Part shown: one piece after another, positions 1 to 11,547 of the stretch
How the letters are laid out: every line of letters begins with the position of its first letter
How positions within the stretch are numbered: position 1 is the first letter of the stretch
Origin: Rhynchopus sp. YZ270_cl-10
Taxonomy: Eukaryota
Direction: 5' to 3'
DNA: 64,000 nt
Assembly: GCA_964035575.1 (NCBI GenBank)
Contig: OZ037833.1
Location: 2,666,001-2,730,000 of the forward strand
Notes under the pieces: generated by a model
Databases searched by the model: none
What the model saw: the letters and a program-made list of their open reading frames with translations, nothing else
What the model was told of the DNA's origin: nothing
Position numbers and translations under genes: made by a program

Positions 1-489
1 ACTGTACTGTACTGTACTGTACTGTACTGTACTGTACTGTACTGTACTGTACTGTACTGTACTGTACTGTACTGTACTGTACTGTACTGTACTGTACTGT
101 ACTGTACTGTACTGTACTGTACTGTACTGTACTGTACTGTACTGTACTGTACTGTACTGTACTGTGTACTGTGTACTGTGTACTGTGTACTGTGTACTGT
201 GTACTGTGTACTGTGTACTGTGTACTGTGTACTGTGTACTGTGTACTGTGTACTGTGTACTGTGTACTGTGTACTGTGTACTGTGTACTGTGTACTGTGT
301 ACTGTGTACTGTGTACTGTGTACTGTGTACTGTGTACTGTGTACTGTGTACTGTGTACTGTGTACTGTGTACTGTGTACTGTGTACTGTGTACTGTGTAC
401 TGTGTACTGTGTACTGTGTACTGTGTACTGTGTACTGTGTACTGCGTACTGTGTACTGTGTACTGTGTACTGTGTACTGTGTACTGTGT
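1..489 (+). repeat. Satellite array: (ACTGT)n switching to (ACTGTGT)n at about 161
   Basis: Perfect 5-mer array over 1-163, then a 7-mer array to 489 with one variant unit; runs off the window start. Confidence 0.98.
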
Positions 490-932
490 AAAAACCATAG
501 GGGGGACCCTATGGATTTCCGATGTCCGAGTTTGAGGCCCAAAAATTCCATTAAAGCAAGAATTTTTAACTTTGGAGTATCTGTGGTACTCTCATATTTT
601 TTCCTAACTCGCACAAAATTTCTAAAAACGGTGTTAATAATCCCCACCAAAAAGGCGGATAAGACGAAAGGAGACGAAGTAACCGCCAAGGACTCACCAG
701 TGCGTCGATCCATAATGTGTGAGAGATGCAAAACAACCACCGCCATAATGGAATTAACCTGTAGGTTAACCTCACACAGGACAGTCTCGTCGCCCACAAA
801 GGTCAATAATACACTCCGGATTTTGGGGACAATTTTTGACCGAAATGGGCCGCCTATTAGTGACCGGGCTCATATTTTCCGAAATTTAAGAGGTCATAAA
901 ATTGTCCAATTTTCAACGTCGGCCCCACCACT

Positions 933-1619
933 CATACTTGGACCGCCCGAAATATATTTCGGGCATTTCGGGCGGATTAGGGGCGGATTTCGGGCGATTT
1001 TGTGCGCCCGAATTTGCCCGAAAACGCCCGAAATGCAGATTTCGGGCGGATTCGGGCGCTTTTTCCTTAGTGAAAACCGACTAGGTAGGTTTCTATTCAT
1101 TTTTGCAAAAAACTTTTTATATTTGGAAATATTTGATGTCAAATCTGTCAAAATAAGCAAGAATCGAAAACTTTTGTACACCTGAGTGCACTTTGGGAAT
1201 CACCACCAAACACGGGTTTTCTGACTATCATGTGCTTATTCCCACCCAAAACACACTATGAACCGGGGTTTCACCATTTTTTCGTATTTCAAGGTGAATT
1301 TTTGTGAATTGTCGGGTCACAGGGTGGTTCTGACCCATTCTCGGGGTGTTTCGGACTTTTTGCTCAATTTTTTTTTCTTTGAACAAATTTTGTGCCAATC
1401 TTTCAAATAAAGCGTAAAATTTTTACACTGGTGGCATGCTTCCCAGCACACATAAGATACTCCAGTGCACCGATTGTGCGCCCGAATTCGCCCGAATTAC
1501 GTATAAATTCCCTTTAAAACGCCCGAAATATATTTCGGGCACATTTCGGGCGCTCGGGACCCGCGCCCGAAAAATCCGCCCGAATTCGCCCGAAATTTTT
1601 TTCGGGCGGTCCAAGTATG
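933..1619. mobile_element. Non-autonomous TIR element (MITE) with 6-bp TSD
   Basis: TIR CATACTTGGACCGCCCGAAA (933-952) / TTTCGGGCGGTCCAAGTATG (1600-1619); ACCACT duplicated at 927-932 and 1620-1625; many subterminal GCCCGAA/TTCGGGC motifs. Confidence 0.85.
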
Positions 1620-1855
1620 ACCACTGCACGGGGATCCCAAAAATGCAATCCAAGTCAAAAAGTTGAAAAAAAAACACACCTAAAAACACGTGGCCCAAGA
1701 ATGGCCCAAAAGGGTCCAAATCGTCCCGTCAGCCGCACCATTTTAGGCACTTTTTGCACATAGAACCTCCTGTGTTGCCAACCAACGTCCTCCAAAAGGT
1801 GTCCTGTACCTACCTGGGTACCTGGGTGCCCAGGCACCACCCAGACTTCGCCAAC

Positions 1856-2038
1856 TTCACAACTCTTCACAACTCTTCACAACTCTTCACAACTCTTCAC
1901 AACTCTTCACAACTCTTCACAACTCTTCACAACTTTTCACAACTCTTCACAACTCTTCACATACACGTTTTTGTGAAAATTTGTGAAGAGTTGTGAATAG
2001 TTGTGAATAGTTGTGAAGAGTTGTGAAGAGTTGTGAAT
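1856..2038. repeat. 10-mer tandem array (TTCACAACTC)n followed by inverted copies (GAGTTGTGAA)n
   Basis: About 10 units at 1856-1960 and about 6 degenerate reverse-complement units at 1980-2038. Confidence 0.92.
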
Positions 2039-2372
2039 TGAAATGAAAATTTGTATTTTTCGATACCCCGGAACACACCACGTTTTTTTTTTTTTTTTTT
2101 TGCAGCAGTTTCGCTCAGCACCCCCTGCCGTCCTCTCCAAGCTTCTTTTTGTAGTTAATTTTTTATTTTTTTGTAAATTTGAAGTTGCATTTCCCCCCCT
2201 TTTGAGGCCCCATTATTTCACCCTCCACAACAACACACACTGTTTCCTCTCTCCCAACGGTATCTATTTTTGTTGTCACAACAAAAATGGGCACTATGGG
2301 CATTTCATTGAGGCAAAATCTCTCTCTGCCTGCTTTAATAATTCTTGGAATTGCCGAGGTTTAAAAAAAAAA

Positions 2373-2865
2373 CACGGGTCAGGAAAGATCTTTTGTCTTT
2401 TTTTGTCTTTTTTCGGGAGAAAAAAAAAAAAATCAAGATTTTCAGGATTTTTGTCTTTTTTTTTCAGGATCTCTCGAGATCTTTGAGATCTTTGAAAAAT
2501 CCTGGAAAAAAAAGGAAAAAAAAGAAAAAAAAGAGAAAAAAAGATGAAAAAGATCTTGAAAATCTTTTTTTTCTCAAAAAAAAGATAAAAAAGATTTTTG
2601 GGATTTTGAAAAATCTTTTTGGGGGAAAAAAAAAAAAAGATTTTGAAAATCTTTTTTTTTTTTTTTCAAAGATTTCTCAAGATCTCGAGATTTTTCATGA
2701 AATTTCATGGATTTTTCCAGGATTTTTCAGGATTTTTCCAGGATTTTCAAATCTTTTCTCTTTTTTTTTTTTCTCCCAAAAATCTTTTTTTTTTTTTTTT
2801 TTCGGGAGAAGAGGATTTTTTTTCTCGAAAAAAAAAAAAAAAAAAAAGATCTTTCCTGACCCGTG
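2373..2865. mobile_element. AT-rich MITE inserted in an A-run
   Basis: Perfect 22-bp TIR CACGGGTCAGGAAAGATCTTTT / AAAAGATCTTTCCTGACCCGTG; interior of AGATCT/GATTTT motifs and A/T runs; A-runs on both flanks. Confidence 0.85.
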
Positions 2866-4112
2866 AAAAAAAAAAACTTTGGAAAATACAGACAAGGTAG
2901 TGCGTCCCACAAGTATTCCTTTTGCTTCTTTCAAATTCCCTGCGAGATTCATCCACGAACAATCCTTACGATTGTTTTTTTTTTTTTTTTGGAAAACACA
3001 ATTATAAGCTCTATGCTATCCCGTCAGTATACGTTACAAAAAAAGTACTGTCGCAGAAAAAATTGAACGAATAGAGAACAAAAAAAAAAAGGTCAGGGAG
3101 GGGGAGGAGAAAAAAAAAGTGTCCAATGAGAGTCGCTCTGTTTGGATGTTAGTAGGATTGCATGGTTGGGGTCTACCCGGTGCATCCACTAAGGTGCACA
3201 AACGTCATGAGCGGGCTGTTGTATTTCAAGTCAACTTTGGGAATGTTGAGCTAATCGGCAGGTAGTCTTCTGCTCGAGGCTCCATTGTCTCATGGAGACC
3301 GTTGCAATACACCTGCAATTTCTTTGGCTTCTGAGTTAAAATGCAAAAATAAAACACCAAAATTTTTTTTGTCTTTTCCGCATCTGTAAATATATTCTCT
3401 ACAAAAAAAACACAAAAAAAGCAGCGCGTTGTTTTATTACCAGGGTACAAAATCTCAAGCTTTTCAAAGCTTTTTTCTTTCTTTCTTTTGCAACACAATT
3501 TTTTTTTTGACAAAGTAAACTATTCTCTCTTCTCTCTCTCTCTCTCTACTCACCTCCCAAACCGTGCTATTTCTTTACTATACGTCAGCTTTAGTTCCGA
3601 GACAAAACAAAACACAAAAAAAAAAAGACAAAAACAAAAACAAAAATACAAACAAACATTGCCTCCCCTCTTTTGTTCCGTTGTCACACTTTCAAAAAAA
3701 ACACAAACAAAAAACAAAGACAAACCCAAAAATAAAATAAAAAAAAATGCGAAAAACAACAAAACTATATTGGGTTAGATTGGCTGGACACAGCCTTCTA
3801 CGTCCCTTCATCTAAGAATAAACAAAGAAAATTGACTTCTTTTTTTTTTCATTTGTGAGCATTGAAACAACGTGACGTTGGGAAAGTATATTTCAGTAAC
3901 AACGCGAAAAAAACAAAAAACAAAAAATCAAAACTCTTCACCTCCCCTACACTATTTCTTTCCCTTGCTGCCTTGCTGCCTTGCTGCACTGACGTTGACT
4001 CCTTCTACTTGCTCTCTTTATCGGATGGAATATGCCCAGACCAAGACCAGACCCCACCCAACCACCAACACACACCCTATTGCAGACACCTCGTTCACTC
4101 TACATTTACACA

Positions 4113-4883
4113 ATGCCGCTTTTGCAGAAGGGACTCGTGTTGGCGTCGCTTGTGGCCCTCTCCCATGCCGAGGATATTCCTCGGGTGATCCTGACGCGTG
4201 GTCCGTCAATTAACGGAGTCTCTGCGTCCCTCCCAATCCACCTGGAGTTCCTGTCCTCAGCAGGCAACCCTGCCTGGCCAGACATCAGCGCACCGACAGT
4301 GGTGCCCGGTGCACGTCTGCAGGACCCACCAGCACACCTGCGCCTGCTCCCAACAACGCTGTCGAACTGGGACCTTGCTGTCGGGACGGAGGTGACGTAC
4401 TCGTGCCCGAACGAGCCTTCCCTGATTGATGTATGCGACGCATGGGTGTTCTTCTACGCATGCCCGCAGAGCTGTGTGCGCACGTACCAGGGCGGCCTCC
4501 CAGGACTGCTCGCAGTGACCCCAGGATGGGAGAGGACGCAGTGCGCACCACGCTTCACAACCGGCGCACCCGGCACCTCGTTCGTGCACCCGATGGGGAG
4601 CTTCAGGAAGCAGCTTGCACCAGGAACATCGACGACGTTCACACTCCCTGCCAACGCAGAGTTTGTTGCCTTTGGTATTGACAAGGACGGTGTGGACTGC
4701 ACGCAGCACCTCACTGTTGGTGCATGCCCTGTTGCGGGAGGACGCTGCACGTGGGACGGATCCTCTTGCAAGAACAACAACTGCCAGGGCAGGTACGGCC
4801 CACCACCGCCGTGCACTGAGTGCCCATGGGAGGGCCTTGTGTCGCGCCCTCCGTCCGACGGTCCCTTCACCGGCTCGCCCTAA
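4113..4883 (+). CDS. Secreted cysteine-rich protein of unknown function (about 256 aa)
   Basis: In-frame ATG at 4113; signal-peptide-like MPLLQKGLVLASLVALSHA; GC-rich coding composition; Cys-rich C-terminus. Confidence 0.8.
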   Translation: MPLLQKGLVLASLVALSHAEDIPRVILTRGPSINGVSASLPIHLEFLSSAGNPAWPDISAPTVVPGARLQDPPAHLRLLPTTLSNWDLAVGTEVTYSCPNEPSLIDVCDAWVFFYACPQSCVRTYQGGLPGLLAVTPGWERTQCAPRFTTGAPGTSFVHPMGSFRKQLAPGTSTTFTLPANAEFVAFGIDKDGVDCTQHLTVGACPVAGGRCTWDGSSCKNNNCQGRYGPPPPCTECPWEGLVSRPPSDGPFTGSP

Positions 4884-5956
4884 ACGTCCTCTTGACAAAG
4901 AGGAGAACAGTGCAGCACATCGCAAGACGTGCGGTGGGCACCTTGCAACTTATAAACGCACAGCAAACAACACATACCACAAGTTAATACAACACTTTCC
5001 TTTCTCTATGACACGACATCCCTATTTACGATCTCTGCCTATGGACACATAGAGTAGAGATCTCTGGGACACACTTTTCTTTCTTTTCGCCCACAGCTGC
5101 AGCAACAGCACATTCCTTTCATCGATATTTTGATGACTTCACAGCTTTCTTTCCCTTTTGCTTGTCTTTTACCGACCGATGTGTTCTCTTCGTAGGTGCG
5201 TTTACCGCACATGGTAGGAAACGAACACAACACGGTTTTGCTGCTTGTGTTTGTTTTTGCTTGGGTATTTATGCCTGAGTGTCAAATGACTGGTTGCAAA
5301 AGAAAAACAAAACATAGGTCCTTCATTTTCTTCTGAGGTTTCAAACCAACCCTCCATCCCACCCAACCCAAACCCATCTCATCACATATTCCCGATTTCG
5401 TGTATCTTACTCCACTTTTGTACATACAGCACTCTTGCAAATTGGTGCATCCCAACATCCCCCACACTTGTGAAGATACCCACACCACAGCAAGCGGGTT
5501 AATGGACGCGGCGTTCCTAAATGAATGCATGCGTTGGACGTACTCTCGCAAGATCTGCACAAAACTTCCCACACAATAGCGATAGTGGTAACGATGCAGG
5601 AGAGGCATATTTCATATCACATTTTTCTTTTATTCCGTTCAAAAAGACCCACAACCACCACAACTCCACACACCACAGAAGGCACGGGGGTGGACCAAAC
5701 ACTCTGTATGGAGTGACCCACACACAAAACATACACAAAAAAACAGCCTTCCTCTGCCCCCCACCATACGGTGAGTTGCAGTTTCTTCTCCACCCTTTTT
5801 TTCCCCCAAGGGGTGAACAATGCCTGAGTATGTCTTCCCCCCCTTACCCCCTTCACCCTCTTCCCTTCTTCCCTTTCTCGCTCCCCAATGCTTACAACGC
5901 ATCTTTCTAACAGGAAATTGAGCACCGCGAAGTTAGATGACTCTTCTGAAGGGCTT

Positions 5957-8212
5957 ATGTCGAAACTGCCACATGGCGATTCTGTATGTGCTACTAATGT
6001 GACTTTCTCTCTTTTCTCAAAAAAATCCATTTTCCCCCCCTCTCAGATTGGATCCGGAGTGGTTGGGTTTCTGACCGGGTTTTTGGGGTCGATGGCGGGT
6101 GTCGGAGGTGGACCCTTTTGTGTTCCATTGCTTGGGTGGCTGATTGGGTTGGGGCACAAGAAGTGCGTGGGGACGTCAATCCTGTGCGGGCTGACGACAC
6201 TGACTGTCGGGGGCATTACACAGTTTCTTTCTGCTGGGGCGCTTGACATCTCGCTCATCCCTATCACGGTATTGGCGGCCATCGCGCCGGTCTTTGGGTA
6301 CTTCTCTGCGAAGATGAGCAACGACATTTCGCCCCTCATCCTGAAGCAGATCTTCGCCGGGTTTCTTTTGGTGTGCTCCCTGCAGATCGTTTGGGGCCTT
6401 GCATACTCACCTACTGGGGCAGAGGGCCATTGGACCTACAACCTCCAATCCGAAAGCCATGTCTACGAAATCGAAGCCGGGGAGGGCCAGCTTTCCTTCC
6501 GAACGCAGAACTTCGGCGGGATCCTCCACTCCGTGAAAGACAAAGCACCCTCCTCGCAGATCCCAACAGGCTACGACGATGCGTGGTACACCGAGATCGA
6601 AATCCTCGAAGTTGCGACTACCACAAAGAAAAGAGTGAACGGCACCCGCGGGGTCATGTGGGTTCGTGTCTTGGACAGAGGAGAGTCGATGGAGACGGTG
6701 TACCACAGTCTCTTGAGAGGATCGCATTGGAACGACCCGGTGAAGGCAAAGCGGGCGCAGGGTTTTGTGACAACGTTCATCTCTGCGTCGGTGGCGACGT
6801 TGCCGGGGAACGTTGCGTTTCATTTGTTCATTGCGGCTACGGCGGGAACGGCGTCGGGGCTGCTGGGCATTGCAGGGGGTTCTGTTGTGGTGCCGCTGAT
6901 GTCTCTGTCCGGCGCGTTTCAGTGGCAGGTGATCACGACGACGTCGCTGCTGTCGATGATCCCCACCTCGCTGACCACATGCTATACACATCATTTGAAT
7001 GGAAACGTTGCATTGGATTTGGCACCAGGGTTGGTCCTAGGGACGGTGGTGGGTGCGTTCACTGGGTCCAAGCTGATGGCGGTGACGAATGAAGTGGTGC
7101 GGCGTTCCGCATGCGCTGGGGTGCTTCTGTTGACGGCGTTGATCATGCTCTACCAAGGGACAAAGCATCTGTTCAAGAGCACGCGGTCCTCGAAGCCGTC
7201 GGTGCTGCGTCTCGGAGTGGCGGTGGTGTTTTTCTACTCGCTGGCAACGTTGCTGCAGGAGAAGGTCTTCAACCTGCCGGAGTTCTCGCACGAATATCTG
7301 CTGACGTTCCTGCAGAATGTGTTCGTCTGTTTGCTTGCATTGTATGATTTGCATTTGAACCGTACCCAGGTTCCTTCGTCTCCTGCAGGCGAGCCTGATG
7401 ATGGGAAGAGAAAGACGCCTCTGCCGATGTATATGTTGCTGGCTTCTTTGGGGACGTTTGGGTCGTTGTGCAGTAATAAGGCGGTTCGGATGTTGGGGAC
7501 ATCGTCGTTGGTGTTGGCGAAGAGCAGCAAGATGCAGTGGGTGATGCTCTCGAGGCTTTTCTTTGTTTCATGGAAGCGCAGGCCAAGCATCACAGAGTGG
7601 GCACTCTCTATGGGTGTCTCCATTGGTCTCTGGATCTTCACCCTCGCAGGTACACGCCTCGAAAGCAAAGACCAAGACTCTGCATTCAACAACGGTCTTA
7701 TCCTCATCTTCGCCTCTCTTGCTTGTGAAGCCACAATGTTCACTCTCGAAGAAGGCGTCATATTCGGAAAGTACCGTGCAGACAAACACGAGCTGATGCT
7801 CTACTTCTCCGGATTCTCCATCCCAATTTCCTTCTTCTTTCTGATGCAAAGCGGCAGCCTCAGCACCGGATGGTTGTATCTCCAATCAGAGTGGCGGTTC
7901 CCGACCTTTGTCTTCGCCTTTGCCTTCTGCAACTACATTGGTACCAAATATGTTCTGCAGATCATTCAGGAATACGACAGTACCACAGCAGTGCTTTGCA
8001 CCTCTATCCGGAAGGTTGTCACCGTTGTGATCGGGTTTACCCTGTTCCCTCGTGCAGTTACGTTGTGGCATGTAGTCGGGTTGGGTCTCGTAGGAGGCTG
8101 TTCGCACTACTTCCTCACCACAGCGGAGCAATGCGAAAGGGAAAAGCCTCTTGATCTCCCATTGGAGTGCGATTCTGTGCGTGCAGAAAAGCGGTCCACA
8201 TCGGTGAACTAA
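5957..8212 (+). CDS. Fusion of a TauE/SafE-family permease with an SLC35B/UAA-family nucleotide-sugar (PAPS-like) transporter
   Basis: Two TauE-type repeats (GSMAGVGGGPFCVP; SGLLGIAGGSVVVP), then UAA-like motifs (LAKSSKMQWVM; TSIRKVVTVVIGFTLF). Probable in-frame intron 5984-6046 (GTATG..CAG). Start uncertain; the ORF is open from 5888. Confidence 0.8.
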   Translation: MSKLPHGDSVCATNVTFSLFSKKSIFPPSQIGSGVVGFLTGFLGSMAGVGGGPFCVPLLGWLIGLGHKKCVGTSILCGLTTLTVGGITQFLSAGALDISLIPITVLAAIAPVFGYFSAKMSNDISPLILKQIFAGFLLVCSLQIVWGLAYSPTGAEGHWTYNLQSESHVYEIEAGEGQLSFRTQNFGGILHSVKDKAPSSQIPTGYDDAWYTEIEILEVATTTKKRVNGTRGVMWVRVLDRGESMETVYHSLLRGSHWNDPVKAKRAQGFVTTFISASVATLPGNVAFHLFIAATAGTASGLLGIAGGSVVVPLMSLSGAFQWQVITTTSLLSMIPTSLTTCYTHHLNGNVALDLAPGLVLGTVVGAFTGSKLMAVTNEVVRRSACAGVLLLTALIMLYQGTKHLFKSTRSSKPSVLRLGVAVVFFYSLATLLQEKVFNLPEFSHEYLLTFLQNVFVCLLALYDLHLNRTQVPSSPAGEPDDGKRKTPLPMYMLLASLGTFGSLCSNKAVRMLGTSSLVLAKSSKMQWVMLSRLFFVSWKRRPSITEWALSMGVSIGLWIFTLAGTRLESKDQDSAFNNGLILIFASLACEATMFTLEEGVIFGKYRADKHELMLYFSGFSIPISFFFLMQSGSLSTGWLYLQSEWRFPTFVFAFAFCNYIGTKYVLQIIQEYDSTTAVLCTSIRKVVTVVIGFTLFPRAVTLWHVVGLGLVGGCSHYFLTTAEQCEREKPLDLPLECDSVRAEKRSTSVN

Positions 8213-10108
8213 ATAAAAATGCATATTGCATACTGAGGGGTTTTGGTTTGTTCTAAGCGTGATGGTTTTGCTTAGGGTTTATCCCAAAGAAGTTTTATTG
8301 TTTTTTTTCGCGCTTTTTGTGTAAATTAACTTGAGGTGTGTGTATTCATCCTTTTCAAGCTTGTTTTTTTCGTTGTTGAATTTTTAAAGAGTGCTCCGCG
8401 TGTGGTAACAAAAGGGGCGAATTTCTCAATTTTGGGGGGTGCAAAAAAGCTGCAGCACATTATCAAAGGAAATGCTATCTCGTACAAACGTGACCCGTGG
8501 ATGATGTCGATTATTCAGAAAATTGATTGTCATACAAAATCAAAAAAGAAAAAAAACGTGACGATGGTTTATAGTGACGTAAATGGGGTGGGGAAAGAGG
8601 GGAAATTATCAAAGTCTCACCTGATTTGACCTATGTTTACCGGTGTTTGCCAGTGTACAACGGCTGGCAAACACCGGCAAGCATGGGTCAACATCGGGTG
8701 GAAGTCGCTTGTAACGTCAATAATAATAAAAAAAAAAAACGATCTAAAGAGGGGAAAGCCAGCTTTGCGGCCAGATCCGAACATAATCAAAAAAACAATA
8801 ATAAATATCAGGAAAAAATGTGTATCAATGCAGTCTATCTTTCTCTTACTAATACAATGCAATTTTTCAAAAAATAAAATGCAAATGTGTGCGTCACCAC
8901 CTCCCCCTTCCCAAAGATGGTTGTCTTGACATTTTCCCGGAACCTACATCAGGCTTAATTATTCAGGACAGTGTGGTTTTCGGGTTTACCCGCGGTGATC
9001 TGGTTCACACCAAAGTGCGCAGTCACGAGGGGCTTTTTGTATTTCAAGTCAACCTTTCTTTTTTTTGCTTTTTTTTTCAGTGTCTGCGTCCGGTGTCCGG
9101 TAAGGCGTTTGCACTTTTCAACTTCTCTTTTTTTCATGATGTGCACAACGAGGTGTTCATCAAGCTTGCTTTTTGATAAGATCTGTTTTGGCATTGTACG
9201 GCCATTGAGAGTTATTCACTCTCCAGAAAACACTCAAGAAAAAAAAAATTGAGTGACTAAACAGCCAGCATCGTGTTGCTTATTTGAAAATCTGCTTTTA
9301 GGTAGGATGGAGGTGCTGAGAAGACTGTGTGGAAACTGACACAGTCACCCTCCATCTTATTCACGTCAGATTCTTCAAAGGGGTTTTTGGGGATTTTTTT
9401 TTCTCAAGATGTGTATGTGCACAGGCACATTCATCTTTCAAGTTTTTTTTTTTTCTTTCTTTTCTGCTTCAGTGCTAACGCTTGGTATGATGTTTTCCTT
9501 CCCTTTTTTTTTTAAAAGCATTCGGCATTTTGCACCAAGGGGAGAACGTTGGTAATGTGCCACGTCCCCTTTTGCTTTGTACTGCTTGGTTTGGGAACGT
9601 TGCAGCATCGTGTGGCAAATGTATTTAGGGAACAATAATGGTGGTTTTTTTTGCACAAAAAAAAATACGCTTTTTCAAAAAAAGTGATTAAAAAAAAAGC
9701 CTTCGGGCGACCTTTGTACAGAACCCGTCTTCGGATGATTGTCGATACAGTAAAAAAGCGATGTGACCACATAGCCTCTTTGATACCTGTCTTCACCATG
9801 CGGTATCAGCGCGATGTGTGTATTTTCTTTTTTTTAGTTAGAGCGTTTCTTTTCTTTCTTTGCTATGGGGCTGGGGTTTTTTTTCCCTCCGAACAAAAAA
9901 ATATGCATTTTGGTGCTGTTACGTCTGTTTCCCCCAGTCTCGCCTCAAAAAAAGACTAAGTAAAAAAGCAACGTACGTAGGGGGAAAGGGCCTGTCTCTC
10001 ATTTGCCTTATTCATTAGTGGACATCGCCTCCCACCCTCCCACCTCCTTCCCTGCCTGCACCAACACCCCCCACACAGCAAACCACAACAAACACCCCTT
10101 TCTTCACA

Positions 10109-10466
10109 ATGGCTGACCAGTTCAACAAGGCAGTGTACCTGGTGCGTGAGGGACCCAAGCGTGTATGTTTGATTATCCCTTTATCTCCATCTTTCTTCTC
10201 TTTCACAGGACAGCAGCAACGAGCAGAAGCTTGAGTTCTACTCCCTGTACAAGCAGGCGACCGTCGGAGACGTGCAGGGAGACCAGCCCTGGGCCGTGCA
10301 GGTGGAGGCACGCGCCAAGTGGGACGCGTGGAACTCCCGTAAGGGCATGACCAAGGACGCCGCCATGGCTGCCTACGTCGCGGCCGTTGCCAAGGACGAG
10401 CCCAACTGGGAGTCCTCCGAGACCGTCACCAAGATGCCCGCTGGATGGGCCCCTCCCTCCAAGTAA
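10109..10466 (+). CDS. ACBP: Acyl-CoA-binding protein (2 exons: 10109-10162, 10209-10466)
   Basis: Spliced product MADQFNKAVYLVREGPKR|DSSNEQKLEFYSLYKQATVGD...AKWDAWN...AMAAYV carries the ACBP signature; 46-nt GTATG..CAG intron. Confidence 0.95.
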
Positions 10467-11547
10467 GACTACGGACTGTCTTGCTTAAAAAAATCCCCAT
10501 TTTTTTTTTGAAAAAAAAAGTACTGATTTGAGCCAAAAAATAAAGATGAAGTAACTACTAGAACACCCAAAATATGAAATACATCCCCCTTCTTGGAGTG
10601 GGGAGAGCATATTTTGAAAAATGGGAGCATTGTTTTCTTGCCAAATGTAGCCCATTTTAAAAAGACTTCTGCAGGTTCAAAAGAAAAGAGAGAAAAAAAG
10701 TCTCAGAAAAGAGTTACCAGAGAAAAACAGTGGTTTTTGTTTTGTTTTTTTGACATCCTTTTATTCATAGCAGTGTGGCATTATTATCCCTCTTTTCTTC
10801 GTGTGTGCACATTTTTGCCCTCTGACCTACATATGAACGATAGGATTCAAAGAATAAAAAAAACCAAAAATGCAGGGTACTCAACACCTCTCTACCTTTG
10901 CAAAAAAAAGCCCTCCTATTTCACCCCACACCCATTTTTCTCTTTCTCTCTCTGTTTTGGTTCACTTTGAGTGAACCAGCAAAAAAAAAAAAAAAAAAAA
11001 TCCCCCCCCACAAAACCCATTTTTTTTCTCTCAACAAAAAGACCACATGGTGTTTTATTGAGTAGGACTGCTTATGGGACAACAAAAAAAAGGCAAGACT
11101 TTTTTTCCCTTTCATTTTCTACTCAATCGTATTCCTACCCTTTTTTTTTTCAGTCAAATGATAGAGGTAAATCCAATATACGCCTGTACCCGTGCCTCCC
11201 CTGGTGTCTGTATTCCCCCCTTGCCTACTAGACGAGTAATAGGCCGGCACCTAGGTGTAGTTTTGACTCATTAGGGATCGGGTGTGCATCTCCACAGTGT
11301 GTGACCAGGGTTAGCCATCCCAGCACGTTTTACCTTCAGGCCAAAGACCTGGAGGAAGTGCCACGAAAGGACCCCCCGGATGCAGTTTTAGGTCCAGCCC
11401 ACGACCTGGTGGGTATTTTTTTTGTTTCACATTTTCACTCAAACCCTCTCTCTCTCTCACTCCCCTACTAATTCCCCTTCAGACCGCATTCCCCTTTTGG
11501 GGTTGGGGGAAAATCATAAAATAGCATTTTAAAAGAAACCCAAGGAA

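Noticed and set aside
1..489. Telomere or CRISPR array
   Set aside because: No unique spacers; the unit is not a G-rich TTAGGG-type repeat and recurs internally at 31.6-31.9 kb
164..1185. Long ORFs made of YCVLCTV repeats (also 31515-32096)
   Set aside because: Translations of stop-free satellite DNA; not credible proteins
2345..2962. K/F-rich ORFs
   Set aside because: Arise from A/T homopolymers inside a MITE
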